Below, piece after piece: positions 51,601-64,000 of a stretch of 64,000 nucleotides of DNA. A model generated the notes under the pieces. It saw nothing but the letters and a program-made list of their open reading frames with translations. It was not told where the DNA came from and made no database searches. Made by a program: the position numbers and the translations under genes. The stretch comes from Parasitella parasitica NRRL 2501 (taxonomy: Eukaryota > Fungi > Mucoromycota). The first letter of the stretch is position 1. Every line of letters begins with the position of its first letter. The DNA lies in the NCBI GenBank assembly GCA_025201805.1, contig MU619339.1, positions 52,245 through 116,244 on the forward strand. The letters run 5' to 3'.

Positions 51601-53708
51601 TTTGCCATTGTATATATCCTGAATAGCTGACTGACCGCTTCTCTTCTTTGCATAGTGCTGAATTGATGATTAAAGAGATATTTGACAAGTTAAGACGATG
51701 CGACAAGATGATTAAAATGAAGCTCACAGCAGAGGCACCCAGCAGTATGCCACAACAACAACAGCTGCCTGATCAAACCATGCGTTGGCTGCAAACAATA
51801 TTGCAACTGATGAACTATCGATTCATCCGTTTCTTAAAGTACTCGCCACTATCATCTGGGCTATTGCATTACATACGATATTCAATTTCGTATCTTGATA
51901 ATCGGCAGTGCTACCAAACACTCGAGTCGTTTGCGATCAATGTGATACACATGCAGATAGATGTCAAATTACTGCGTTCTCTAGATGACCCCCACCGTGA
52001 AAAACCGATTTGGTTTGCAGAGTCAGAAATGCTGGCTCGTTTGGCAGTGTGCACAATTAGTCGACTCATCAAAACGCGTGGACAGGCAGATATCAAGACG
52101 GATCAGATATACAGAGTATTGTCAAGCCTGTACGAATACAAATTGGAATGGTCTCCTGAAGCAATCAGCTACTTCCCTGCTGCTGTGAGATCATTTTACG
52201 AAACGGCCAACGACAACATGCCTGCAAGGCAGCCTGTTGCACCTCAAAAAGTTCAACAAATGATCTCAACAAATAAGGCTATTACTGCGTATCTTCTGCA
52301 AGGATCACCAGAGGCAGAGCATCCGGCTGTCCAATTTTTCTCCAATCAAGAAACCCAACCCAGTTTACTATGCGCTATATGGGTTGTTGCGGTCACTCGA
52401 AATTCAACAGAGTGCTTCCAAATGGCCGCTGTTCGTAGGCTGCTATCACTAGTTGCTCCATCACGAAAGGCTACATGCACCATTGATCTGATTGATTTCG
52501 TATTGGCAATTGACACATCCAGCAATACAGATTTTGTAAGTATTTTCATATTCGCAGCCCAAGCATCCTCGTGAATTCAGTGTGCCTGACTTTTTTTTTT
52601 TATGTATGTAGATGTACACTTTGCTAGATACGTTCATTTGGAAATACCAGTGGATCAACTTTAACCACGTCGTATTTGCATTGATGAAAGGAAACGGCAG
52701 CGCAGAGCGTACAGCCAAAGCTGCAAATTATCTGCGACATGTTCTCTTGGAGTCACCCGAGTTTCATAAACGAGTGCATAAATGGGATTCGCTTGAATTC
52801 AGTCATCGACATTGGACAGAAGACAACTTTCAGGCTAAATTAATGCAATATTTACACGAATTCCCAGAATACCATGAATTTGAGAGCTTTGCCCCTTCCA
52901 TTGATCTGCCTCACCAGCAAACCAAGCTGCCAGTTTATTTCACAAATGTCGTCAGTGATTTCATTTCGTCCATGGAAAACCTGATTATGCGTCTGATCGA
53001 ATATGCACAGACGGATTTATTGGCAGACATGTTGGACAAGTATGGTCATTTGTTCTACCAATCGCAGAATCCATTGGCCTTTGTAACCAACATCCTGCTG
53101 AATTATCACCCCTCTGCTACATTGCGTGATTCCCGCATCCTCAAGAGAATACTTCGCCTGATTGATTTTGATCAGTTCACCATTCTACCAGAAGCAAGGC
53201 AGTACGCAGAGAACGATAATGATGACGGTAGCGCATTCAATGCCGAATACTTTGAAAAAGTGATTTACAAATTAGCTAAAAGTAAGTATAGTATGCGTAA
53301 TCAATTCGTATTACAAAGAGCTTGCCCATTTATATGCTTGTTTTGCAATTTAGATTTGAATCCTCAGCGATGTGCTCCTAGAACTAACCCCAACTTGCCT
53401 GAACGCCGTTTCCGTGAGATTGGAAGCCCTGCAGTGGAAGGCATTACCATGGCTACTTTGGAAATCATGCTGACCCCAGTGCCGCCTTCTACTATTGTTC
53501 AGAAATTGCTGGATCTTGCTTTGCTAAGGGAATCACATCATGTCGGCGTGTCTGCGCTGAGATTACATGCCATTGGTTTGATTGTGCCTCTGTTACCTCA
53601 AAATGAATTTGTCGATCCTGTATTGAAAGAGCTTAACGATCTGATTGAAAGCAATCCCTATTTACTAGAAATTTCAGAACCATGTCGACTAGTAAGTAAA
53701 AAGAGAGG

Positions 53709-53753
<45 letters not shown>

Positions 53754-54442
53754 ACAGGGCTGATCATTTTATGAATAGATTCGATGTGGTATCCCTAGAA
53801 AAGTCAACGGCAGATATACCATGACTCAAACATTGCCTGATCTGACAACAACAGCAGTTTTAAAAGACTCCATGAGCGCTCGATTACGCAAAGCAATGAT
53901 TTACCCGTACATCTTTAACGATTACACCTTCAATCTGCACAATTACAGCACCAATGCACCTAACAGTTTTCTTTGCCTGTTCCACAGTATTGTGCACTAC
54001 TCGAGTCTGGATATATTCTCGATATTTTTAGAGTATACTCAAAAATTGCGTAATTCTGGTGGACTGAAGACAGACGTGCAATTACTCTACATGTGCTTTT
54101 TGATCGGCCCGGCACTTCATCGTATTGAAAAACTGGATAGTAGTGATGCAGGAGTAAGTCAGCTTCAATGTTGTTGCGTCAGGATTACACTAATTCCGCT
54201 AATAATTACAGTTTTTGATTGAATTAATGCACATGGTGAAGCAAGTAACAACTTCCATGGATATGAAAGATGGCTGGACCACACAAGCACTCGAACAGGT
54301 ATATGATTTCTTGTACCATATTCGTTCTCGATTTGTAAAATCAAATGAACTGGCTGCTCAAATACGAGACATCATTCGTTCTATGAACCCTCCTATCTCG
54401 CAAAGATTGTTAAGACTCGTTTTTGAAAAGAAACCAGAATAA
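48604..54442 (+). CDS. MED23: Mediator complex subunit 23, about 14 exons
   Basis: Ordered matches to MED23 blocks: ESEMLARLAV, IWKYQWINFNHVVFAL, FPEY...LPVYFTNV, LDKYGHLF...PLAFV, RFREIGSPA...LEIM, KTDVQLLYMCFLIGPALHRI, VYDFLYHIRSRF. Confidence 0.88.
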
Positions 54443-56699
54443 TAAATCAACCATGAGGGAGACCCGCAAACAATAACCTAAAGTAACCATATAGAAGTGT
54501 ATTTTGTAGCATCTTTAAAAATCGTCAAATGTCTAATGCCAAGTCCTGAAAATAAGGAATACCGACGGTTCGTTTTTATGCATTAGTTTCTTAGTAGTTT
54601 TAAGACGATAGATTAAAATCGATTCACACGAGATGTATAAACAGGAAGCGAATATGATATGATGTTACATTGTATACATATCTTGCCATTCGGCTATTTT
54701 GGGGAAAAAGTAATGGGCACACTTGATGCTCTAGTGAACGTTTATTATAAATCCAGCAATTAGCTTTTTAGTTTTTGCCTGCTATAAGGTCTCCCCATAC
54801 TCAAGTAATATAAGTATGAATCGACTTTTCCAAATATTTTGCAGATGAAAGCTAAGGCTCCAGTTTTGAAAAAAAGAATCACATTTCTCTTGTGGAGTAT
54901 GCTGATAAAAACTCCCTCACATTTTATATATTCTGCACAGCTTAGCCTAGCTACTTTTCCAACTAAGGCGTTGCTATGAGACGTCTGCATTATATTTAGC
55001 GATATAGCTTGTCAATAACAGTGCATATTATGGAGTGTAGAGTATTGTTTGGCTGATCAATTCTATGGTAAGCACTCGAATATGATTCATCTCGTTTGGT
55101 TATAGATTCTATTGGCACGTGCGAGAAGCCGTAAAGGGATTTCTAGGACGTTATCTGATATCAAAAGCACTCATACTGTGATGAGGAACATTTGACGTCA
55201 AATCGAGCCTTCAAAACCATATATTATTCAGCGGAGAATATGATTAAACTGCTATGCACTGATAATCATAGTTTTTTTCATAATAAGAACTTTTGATGCC
55301 TCATGCCCATAACCCGTATTATTTTAGTTACTTTCTTCATCTGTTAAGGAAGTACAGTACATGCCAATCTCCTCTTTAACATTTTCATTGCATGAAATTC
55401 GAGTTTTAATTCAAGCAGACCAAACAAAATGATCTCTGTTAAACAGCTACACACTCGCAGGTCTCTTCACACAATGCAGCATTGTGCCTGTATCAAGTAG
55501 ACACTTCAATTTATAGGCTTGACGTCAGCAGTTTCAGCTACGCATTATAAAAACGCGTATTCAATCCGCAGTATTCTTTTTTTTCCTATTTAGCTTTCTT
55601 CTTGACTTGGTCGGCTCTTAACGAGATGTGTTTATAGCCAACTTTGCCTGGGTTTTGCTGGTTTTCCATATCTGGTTTGCCTAACTGATGTTCTTGTCGG
55701 TTCTAGGGAGCTTTCTTTCGAAACTGGTCTACTCTGCAATGATCTTCGGGTCGTTGTGGGGGATTCATTGACTGACTACTGGAAATGATGCATAGGTGTT
55801 CCCTCTCTGTGTTGGGTTTGCGTCATCCGCTTTGTCGCACCATTGCAATCCAGTATCAGACTTTGACGTAGTGTCTATGGCTATAGCTCTGCCAGAAGGA
55901 AAGCTTAGAGTCAGAGAATCCTGCCTACTGGCTTGGGGAATCCTTACGACTGGAAGGTGAACCCCTCGCATCCCAAACAGTAAATAGGTGTATTACTTGG
56001 GCAATTTAAATTGGTCCATCTTGTATAAAGAACTGGAAGCTGAATGTATGCTCTGCCACGACGTGTAGGTGCGGTTCTTGTGCGGGCCACTGTCCCAATG
56101 GCAGGTACGGAGTGTTTGAAGGATGTTGGCTGATAAAGCATGGAGATGCGTCTAGTATCACCAATAGACTTGGAAGTCCCTATTATTCAAAGCTTGTGTG
56201 TGCATTGGTTGGTACAAGTCTTGATTTTAGGATCAAGTATCAAGAAAGAAGCTCAATTTAGGGTCTGGGGGTTGAGGTCTGGGGGTTGAGGTCTGGGGAT
56301 TGGGACCATATGTATTTCGCCCTGCTCGTGGGTGGTCCTGCTAATCATGGCATTTCAGCTATGAGAACCAACAGAAATGCGCTTTCTTTTTTCTTTTTTT
56401 TCTTAAATAAAATACATAAACCTTTAAACTTGATGTCAATTGCTTTTTTTATTCAGACGATCTATGATGGAAGTAGAAAGCAGATAAACTATAACTGGGT
56501 GGGAGGTAACTCAGCAAGTACCTTTTGAGCCCTTTGTTTACAGACAGCAGTTGCAGTTATTATTGTTTTTATCATTTCTTTTATTAAAGCGATTAAATGC
56601 ATTGAAAACAAGGACATGTAGGCCAATAAATAATCAAAGAGAGAAAGGTTGGCAGCTTTATATAGGTCATTGAGTGTTTGATTGCTTAACTAGACAAGC

Positions 56700-57400
56700 C
56701 CAAGCAAAATGTATTCAAAAAGGTGTGTCCCTCTATAAAAGGTATTGTTTTCACCAGGCTGTTTTTGGCAAACGATAAATATTTTTCATCCCAATCACCA
56801 CTGGCTGCGTCCTGCTCAAACAACGATGGTAGCCCCAAAGCCAACAGGCCCGGCTTCAAAAAAAGTTATGCAGATCCTCAAAGGCAACAAGAAGAGAAGA
56901 ACCAGTAGCAATGACCCGACACTAACCGCATGATGGTGGCATAGCATTAAAAGTACTTGCAGCTTATGACGAGATTCAAGGTGATGAAGTGGCAGTGAAA
57001 GAAGCACATGTAAAGTACTCTATAAACTGATTAAATAGCAAGTCGAGTGCAGCCTAAACAATGTCTGCTTCATCTTGAATTGCTACAAAATTCTTTTTCA
57101 CACCTATCTTATCTTCATTGTTGGTGGCGGGATTATTATTACTGGTAGGTGACTGAGATACTCCTTTGATCATTGCCACTGGTGGTGGTGGGATTGCTAT
57201 GGCTGAGTGTGGTTGAGTTACTACGTTGATGATTGCCGGCGGTGATGGGTTTGCAGCGGCACCAGATGTGCTGAAGGGATAGGACGTCCCATAAAAAAAG
57301 CAATTGAATGTCATCTCTCATGAAACCACCATAGAGAATCCAAATCAAGCTAACAAACGAATTACCTAAATATCTAATCATGAAACCAAGAAGCACTCAC
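56700..57400 (-). pseudogene. Possible decayed gene (hydrophobic segment followed by a P/S/T/N-rich region)
   Basis: Overlapping short ORFs with protein-like composition, linked by frameshifts or stops; no family recognised. Confidence 0.2.
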
Positions 57401-58407
57401 AATCAATTAAAACCAACAAAAAGAAATCGAACCACATAACGCATTTGGAACATATAGACCAATGTAAGGGCTGGTCTATGCATATCATTTGCAAATGTGT
57501 CAGAAACATCTATTACTGTAAAAATATCGTACCTGATCATATAAAATCAAATACAGACAAACTTTAACTCTGTCCAACAGACAGACTTGGCACGTTATCC
57601 TATTTCCGAAATAAAGATGGAAATTGAATTGCATCTATTATTGTTTTTACGCTTTTCGCTACACTAGGTACACTTGTAGGCATCGATCGTGTTTAAAGGG
57701 TGGCTCTTGTTATTAATTTTTCTTAAATCAATAATTTCAAACTTACATAATTAGCCTTAATACCATACCATCGAAGATTGCCTCTTAAAAATAGACTCCT
57801 GGAATAGTAGTGAAAACTTTTTTTTTACGGCTCCATTATTCAGCACTGAAATATAGCAAAGAAATGAGAAAGTTTCAAAAACTAGAGCTGTGCTTGCGCA
57901 CACATAGACATATAATTAATACATTCGCACATGATATGATATCATTTCATATTTGGGTATACCATAGCCATTGCAATTACGACACTGTGTTAAAAATAAG
58001 GCACAATCATTTTGAATTTTGCGAAAAGGAAATGAAATTCGTTTTGGAAACTTTGAAGAGTGGTAATTTTTCTCTAAGAAAGTTTACCTGAGAAAATATA
58101 GCAAGTTGCTGTTTGATCTGAGCATTAGTTTAGGCCAGAAAACAAGCTGAGGCCGCTTGGAAAAACCCTTTAAAGCTGCCAAAATATGTTTATTTGACCA
58201 ATATCGATGATATTGGTTAGACGTCCTCTAGTTGACAGCTACCTAGTGTATTAGAGACGATAATCAGGGGGTTCGTATTATTGTCAAACGCGGCATTTGA
58301 TCAAGTATATTTTGGCGTTGTGGCGTATGAAAGTTGCAATACGTTTCTTTAGTCACAAATTGACATTTTGTCGCTCACTCTTTTTTGCATCTCACAAGAA
58401 AACACAA

Positions 58408-59565
58408 ATGTCAGTTAGAAACAGAAAACGTGCTCGTTTAGAAGAAGACTCCAGCGACGATTATGAGAGTGGCTCTGAATCCGCTTCTCAAATGCCATCA
58501 CAGGTATTCAAGACACTAAAAATGGACAATGTGCCAGACTGGGATGCAGAGGTACAGAGAAACCTAGAAGTTGAAACATTTTTGCCTTTTCTTGCCAACA
58601 CATATACATAATAACAGGAAATCGAACGAAATGTAAAGGCTGTATGTAGATATGCGATATCTTGTGAATTCAAAAGGAAGAATATCCGTCGTGACGATTT
58701 GAACAAATGTAAGCATCTAAATCAGTCGCTTTTTGCTTGAGACAGAGAGAAATACTGATTTGCTGTCAAGTATTAACCGAAGGATGCAGAAAGATGCTAA
58801 ATCTAGTGTTAGCAAAGTCAAAGGAGAAGCTTCGACACATGTTTGGATTTGAGATTGTGGAATTGCCACAGCTGAATATAAAGACTAATCAAAGCCAAAC
58901 ACAAAAAACCAGCGCTTCTTCTCAAAAACAACCGCAAGATACACAGCAATTATCATCAACTCAGGCTGATAAAAAATCGCCAGGCTTGAGTTCTGGCACG
59001 TATGTATTGCGTTCAATCTTGAAGGAGGAGTACCGTTCACCTGAAATTGTTGAACGTTCTCGAAAAGAGTATCAATTGACAGGCATTCTATACGTCATAT
59101 TGGGGCTCATATTCATCAATGGACAGTCAATGAAATCTGGTAAGGGAATCTTTTTTTTCTTCTTCATCATGGCTCACAACAGCTACAAACATACTGACGA
59201 TGAGCTCCAGTTGATTTGAATGGGCATTTGGATCACTTAAAGATCACCAAAACAGTCAAGGGAGTAGAAGACATCAGTACCAGAGAGGCACTCCTCAGTG
59301 AATTTATAAAGGACAACTACCTCAAGAAATCCAAGCTACCTGAGACTGATAATGATGAACCACAATTTAGTTACACTTGGGGACCCAGGGCAATGGTTGA
59401 AGTGGGACATGCTGGTATTTCCGCATTTCTAATAAGTGTAAGTGCTGCTGTTTGGTTTATTAGTGCTTGAATAAAACTAACATAATGCAGTTTTGGGGCG
59501 ATGAGCTTGATGACGAAGCCAAAAACGAGCTCAACACTAAAATGTGGAAACAAGCAGGAGCGTAA
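58408..59565 (+). CDS. NSE3: MAGE-domain protein, Smc5/6 subunit Nse3-like; 5 exons
   Basis: VKAVCRYAISCEFKRKNIRRDDL, LRHMFGFEIVELP, YVLRSIL, GILYVILGLIFING, FIKDNYL, YTWGPRAMVE. Confidence 0.88.
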
Positions 59566-59587
59566 TCTGTTAATATATGATAACACA

Positions 59588-60235
59588 TCAATCAACAGTG
59601 AAATAAAACCGTAATTCAGCAGCCTCTAGACTCATTTCCTGTTCAGTACGTGGCCTTCTTCCCTCATTGTCGACCCCTTGTTTCTTGTCTAATTCCTGAT
59701 ATATATCGTCATTGTTTGCCCAATCGTCTTTCTTACGAGGAATAATATGCATGTGAACATGGGGAACCTTTACATACACAAAATACGGGCAAAAATTACG
59801 AAATATTTCTCTAAATGATCGGCACGCCTTACCGTTTGTCCTGCTTGAGGTCCATCTTGGATGGTCATTGTGAGCGACGTACATCCATAATGCTTTTCAA
59901 CAACATCTCCAATCTTTTGTGCTGAACGCATCAAATCTGCCGTTTCATCCTTGTCCAAATCAGCTAACCTTGGTATATTTCTCTTGGGAAGAACTAGAAC
60001 ATCTATTGTATTTGATAGTTTGTTAGCCGCTGCAATGACAAGATGTCTTCTGTAGTAGTTTGTATTTACGTCCTCTATAATTACATTCTATCATGTTAGT
60101 TAAAAATGATATTATACGCGCTATGCCATCTTACGGTGCAATTGGCTTAAGGTTAACAATACCAATAGATAATTTAGATTTGAAAAAGATTTGAGACTCT
60201 TGAATTAGATGAGGACCAAAGCGAAAGCCTGACAT
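59588..60235 (-). CDS. HNT2: HIT-family dinucleoside triphosphate hydrolase (Fhit/Hnt2); 4 exons including a 5-nt micro-exon at 60070-60074
   Basis: FRFGPHLI...VNLKPIAPGHVLVLPKR...IQDGPQAGQTVPHVHMHIIPR...NDDIY...RTEQEMSLEA. Confidence 0.93.
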
Positions 60236-60364
60236 TTTACAGAGAAAGGTATCCTCTTCTAACGTCTGCTTTTGCGGGATGAGTAATCTGTCATTGTGAC
60301 TGGATAGATTTGATACATATTTGAAAGGTTGTTTATATTCTCTCTCTCTTGCAACTACCCAAAC
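60236..60364. promoter_or_regulatory. Putative bidirectional promoter between HNT2 and HIS6
   Basis: Only 129 bp separate the divergent start codons (60235 minus, 60365 plus). Confidence 0.6.
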
Positions 60365-61585
60365 ATGACCCGATTCAATGGCTGCATCGATCTTCATCAC
60401 GGCAAAGTAAAGCAAATTGTAGGCGGATCTTTGCTGGATAGTTCTCCGGAAAAGCTTACTACCAATTTTGTTTCTGAGTAAGAGACATGCTAAATATCCC
60501 TTCGAGCATATGGACTCACATAACATCAGAGAAACACCCAGCTTTTATTCCAAGCTATACAAAGAATATCAAGTGAGTCGTTGCCATGTTATCAAATTAG
60601 GTCCCAACAATGATGAAGCTGCCAAAGAGGCACTTGCAGCCTGGCCTGGTGGGCTTCAAGTAGGTGGAGGTATCACATTGGATAATGCCCAGGAATGGCT
60701 GTCATTGGGAGCATCCAAGGTAACGAAAAGAAACATATGCATGCACATTGCATTGGCTGTTGTATTCATCATATTAGATACTAGGTTATTGTCACCAGTT
60801 ATCTATTCCCAGGTGGAGATGCTAAATTCTCTTTACAAAGACTAACCGATCTTTGCAAACTTATTGGGAAAGATAAATTAGTGGTGGATGTCAGGTACAA
60901 CTGCACATAGATGAATGAGATTTCTTGCTAATTTTGGATTAGCTGTCGTAAAAAGGGCGACAAATGGATGGTTGCTATGGATAAATGGCAAAAAATGACA
61001 AACATGGAGGTCAATAAAGGTGCGTAAAGACAGATATTAATCAATCTTTTGGCTGATTCCCGTGTGTGTGTGTGTTTTTTTTTTTTTTAGAAAGCTTAGA
61101 TGTGCTCTCTGAATACTGCAGGTATGTCATCTACAGTTGCATATTTGCGCAATACCAACCTACCTTTTTTTTATTTTATTTTTTTCCTATTAGCGAGTTT
61201 TTGATTCATGCAGCAGATGTTGAAGGCCTTTGTAAAGGCATTGATGAACAATTAGTAGAACGTAAGCAATGCTTTTTAGATGTAGCCCAGTATCTTGAAT
61301 TGTTTTTAATAGGTCTTGGAGAATGGGTCACTATTCCCACAACTTATGCAGGTGGTGGAAGATGTAAATGTGTAGCAGGAATACCTCGAAATACTGTTTT
61401 TCACTGATACGCCCTCTTTTTTTTTTATGTATTTCCGTGTGCAAATAGCTATAGAGGATTTGGAGCTTGTAGATAAATTGTCTAACGGCAAAGTGGATTT
61501 GACTTTTGGAAGTGCTTTAGATATTTTCGGTGGCAATGGAGTTACCTTTAACGAGTGTGTCCAATGGAACAAGGCACACGCATAA
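60365..61585 (+). CDS. HIS6: ProFAR isomerase (eukaryotic HisA), about 9 exons
   Basis: [80 protein letters not shown]. Confidence 0.96.
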
Positions 61586-61688
61586 ACATCACGCAACAGC
61601 AATAAAATCATATTAATTTTCCGCCTTCGTCTTCTTCTCTTTTTCTTTCACGTATACTCTTTTTCCCTTTCTTATAATTAATCCAGAA

Positions 61689-62540
61689 ATGAGCTCCACA
61701 ACAAACAACACTACAAAGAAAAATATTCCTAAAGATGAATGGGAACAAAGGCTAACGAAGGTCAAGGTGAATAAACAGTAAGTAGACATGCGGTTTCATA
61801 GTATTTCTTTTTTATGCTGATAGTGCGGTTATCCGCAAGAGACCTGAATCAGCTTGTCATGAACTACTTGGTCGTTGAGGGATACAAGGATGCTGCCGAA
61901 CAATTTAGCACAGAAAGTGGACTAGCACCAACCGTCGATTTGCAATCTATTCAAGAAAGAATGGACATTCGCCACGCCATTCAATCGGGTGATGTAGATA
62001 CTGCCATCGACTTAGTCAATGACTTGAATCCAGAGGTGAATGACAAGACAACAATGCGATACCGCATATATACTTACTGCTCAGTAGATACTCGATACAA
62101 ACCCACACTTATTTTTCCACCTTCAGCAACAGCGACTGATTGAACTTATTCGAAGCGGCTCTTACCAGGAAGCTTTGGAATTTGCATCTGAAGAAATGGC
62201 ACCTCGAGGAGAAGAACATCCCGAATTTTTAGAGGAATTGGAAAGAACAATGGCGCTATTAGCGTTTCAGGATAGTACAGATTCGCCAGTGCAGGACCTG
62301 CTTCATCCCGGTCAACGTCAGAAGACAGCGAGTGAGCTAAACGCAGCTATTCTTATGAGTCAATCACAAGAGAAAGATCCAAAATTACCAAATTTACTGA
62401 AAATGTTGGCTTGGAGCCAAGAGCAATTAGATGAGAGAATGATTTATCCCAAGATTGAGAATTGGGTCAAGGCTGATTTAGTTGTAAGAGACGAAAATGG
62501 CAACAGTATAGTGGATGAGGATGTTGCAATGACCTCCTAA
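61689..62540 (+). CDS. GID8: GID/CTLH complex subunit Gid8/Twa1 (LisH-CTLH-CRA), 3 exons
   Basis: DLNQLVMNYLVVEGYKDAAEQF (LisH), LFFHLQQQRLIELIR, LEELERTMALLAF, QRQKTASELNAAIL, PKLPNLLKMLAWSQ. Confidence 0.93.
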
Positions 62541-62857
62541 GTTTGTTTTGATAACAAATGGATATTAAGAATAAAACTCATATTAAGCGCTCTTCTACTG
62601 ATACTCGGATATAACATTACCTTTGGCTTGGGAAATTTATTCTAGTGCAATCGATTGACTTACATGCAAGAGTTTCATTGATGGTCGTATACATAGTGAG
62701 TGTACTCATTTTTATTTGGCATGATATGATATCACAACATTGATAAATGGCGCATTTGACCACTTCAAATCGGCGGAAGTGTAAGGCGAAACGCCGTTAA
62801 TCTTATTTCTTTTGCTCCCCCTCAGCTACTTAACGTCAAACACTATCTGTTTCGAAG

Positions 62858-63300
62858 ATGGACAAAGATTTGTTTACAATGCTCAATGGAGGACATTTTG
62901 ATGCAGACCAAAGATCCCAACATTGTTCTTGGGATTGTAACAAGTTGCCTGGCAACTCTTCGACCCAAAAAAAATCCGCAGTAGAATCAGATCTGTCAGT
63001 GTACAACTATCATAGCGACAGGGCTAGAGAAATTTTCATTAATCGAATGCTTCAAGGTCTTGAGAGGGAAGAGAGCTTTCCAAAACAACTTGGGATAAAC
63101 TGTGGCGGAGCAAATACCCAAGTAACTTGATTAGAGTATGAGATTTCATCAGGCTTCTTTGAAGAAAAGATTGAAGTTGCACGGATTCAAAGGTGCAACA
63201 TTTGGCGCTCTCCTCTATATGATGCGATTACAAAAAAGAAGTAAAGCGGAAACAGATGATGAAAATGCTGGAAACAGGAGAAATCAATTTGGGCAATAGT
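62858..63300 (+). mobile_element. Degenerate TE-derived fragments (Tc1/IS630-like HTH remnant)
   Basis: YNYHSDRAREIFINRML...KQLGIN resembles the N-terminal HTH of Mucorales Tc1-like transposases; the frame is truncated. Confidence 0.3.
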
Positions 63301-63621
63301 AGCAAAGAGGAAATTGTTCCAAACAAGAGAATAGTGCTTAGTGTTGGAAACAGAGGCTACATCAAAGTGTTAACAGATTTTGAACGACCAGAGCGCAGAA
63401 ACACCAAAATTGAAATCTCAAGAAAGAAGATACCATCATGTACGTGTAATGAAGTTACTTTTTTGTATACAGGATCCAAAATAAACTTAATAATAATAAA
63501 AAATTCGACTTGTCTCTTTGAAAAAACAGATTTTTTTCAAACTACACATTTCTTCACTTCAAAATCAGCCAATAAAAACAGGTGATTTTAAATTCAAACT
63601 CCGACACCAAAAAAACCAAAA

Positions 63622-64000
63622 TGTTTTTGCAGATAACTTTTGATAAACACATTGCCCAGTGAAACCCAAGTTATGCTCAAATAGCGATGATCATGCCTGT
63701 TCTTATGGCGCATAAGACAGTGTTTGTTTTGGTGTTTATCGAAGCCTATCATCGATTATATGCAATTCTGATATGAGAATTTATGATATCATGGGATAAC
63801 TTTATAGATATCAATGAAAACATGGATGCCAATGTTGTTGCCAGATAGCGCCAAGTCAACGCTAAGTTTTCCAAGTTAGATCTCGGTTCTACGGTCATTT
63901 TAGCCAAAGTTATGAGCCAAGAAGTGATATTTATGATAAATTATGAAAAATAAAACTGTTTTTGCAGATAACTTTTGATAAACACATTGCCCAGTGAAAC
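63622..64000. repeat. Direct repeat with 335-bp period, running off the window end
   Basis: TGTTTTTGCAGATAACTTTTGATAAACACATTGCCCAGTGAAAC is identical at 63622-63665 and 63957-64000. Confidence 0.85.

Noticed and set aside
55600-56310. GC-richer stretch with short ORFs and a 14-bp GGTCTGGGGGTTGA repeat
   Set aside because: Probably a retroelement relic, but no diagnostic motif was found, so it is left unannotated.

Overview
AT-rich, intron-dense eukaryotic DNA with short (about 50-70 nt) GT-AG introns and a CotH gene, which points to a Mucorales-type fungus; the species cannot be determined from this window. Conserved genes recognised from spliced translations: cysteine dioxygenase, a TBC Rab-GAP, SGF29, a GPI-anchored CotH, a fused LrgA-LrgB transporter, ETF-ubiquinone oxidoreductase, a DDP1/Aps1-type Nudix hydrolase, MED23, NSE3/MAGE, HNT2/FHIT, HIS6 and GID8. 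TE-rich islands (about 1.5-4.7, 6.8-15.5, 42-45.5 and 62.8-64 kb) carry L1-like, Tc1/IS630-like and DIRS-like relics, a 350-bp tandem triplication, a roughly 1.1-kb repeat present twice in inverted orientation, and one apparently intact 9-exon PD-(D/E)xK (Crinkler-like) gene with decayed relatives. The best candidate for an undescribed system is a family of two-exon RING + coiled-coil genes that the ORF track misses because an intron splits the RING. Four intact copies lie in tandem at 31.0-39.7 kb, each with a 95-nt first exon and Asp at RING zinc-ligand position 5. A probable pseudogene lies among them, and a dispersed copy at 0.8-1.4 kb has Gly at ligand 5. Their tails are highly divergent and partly mosaic. 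All annotation is by eye; no database searches were run.
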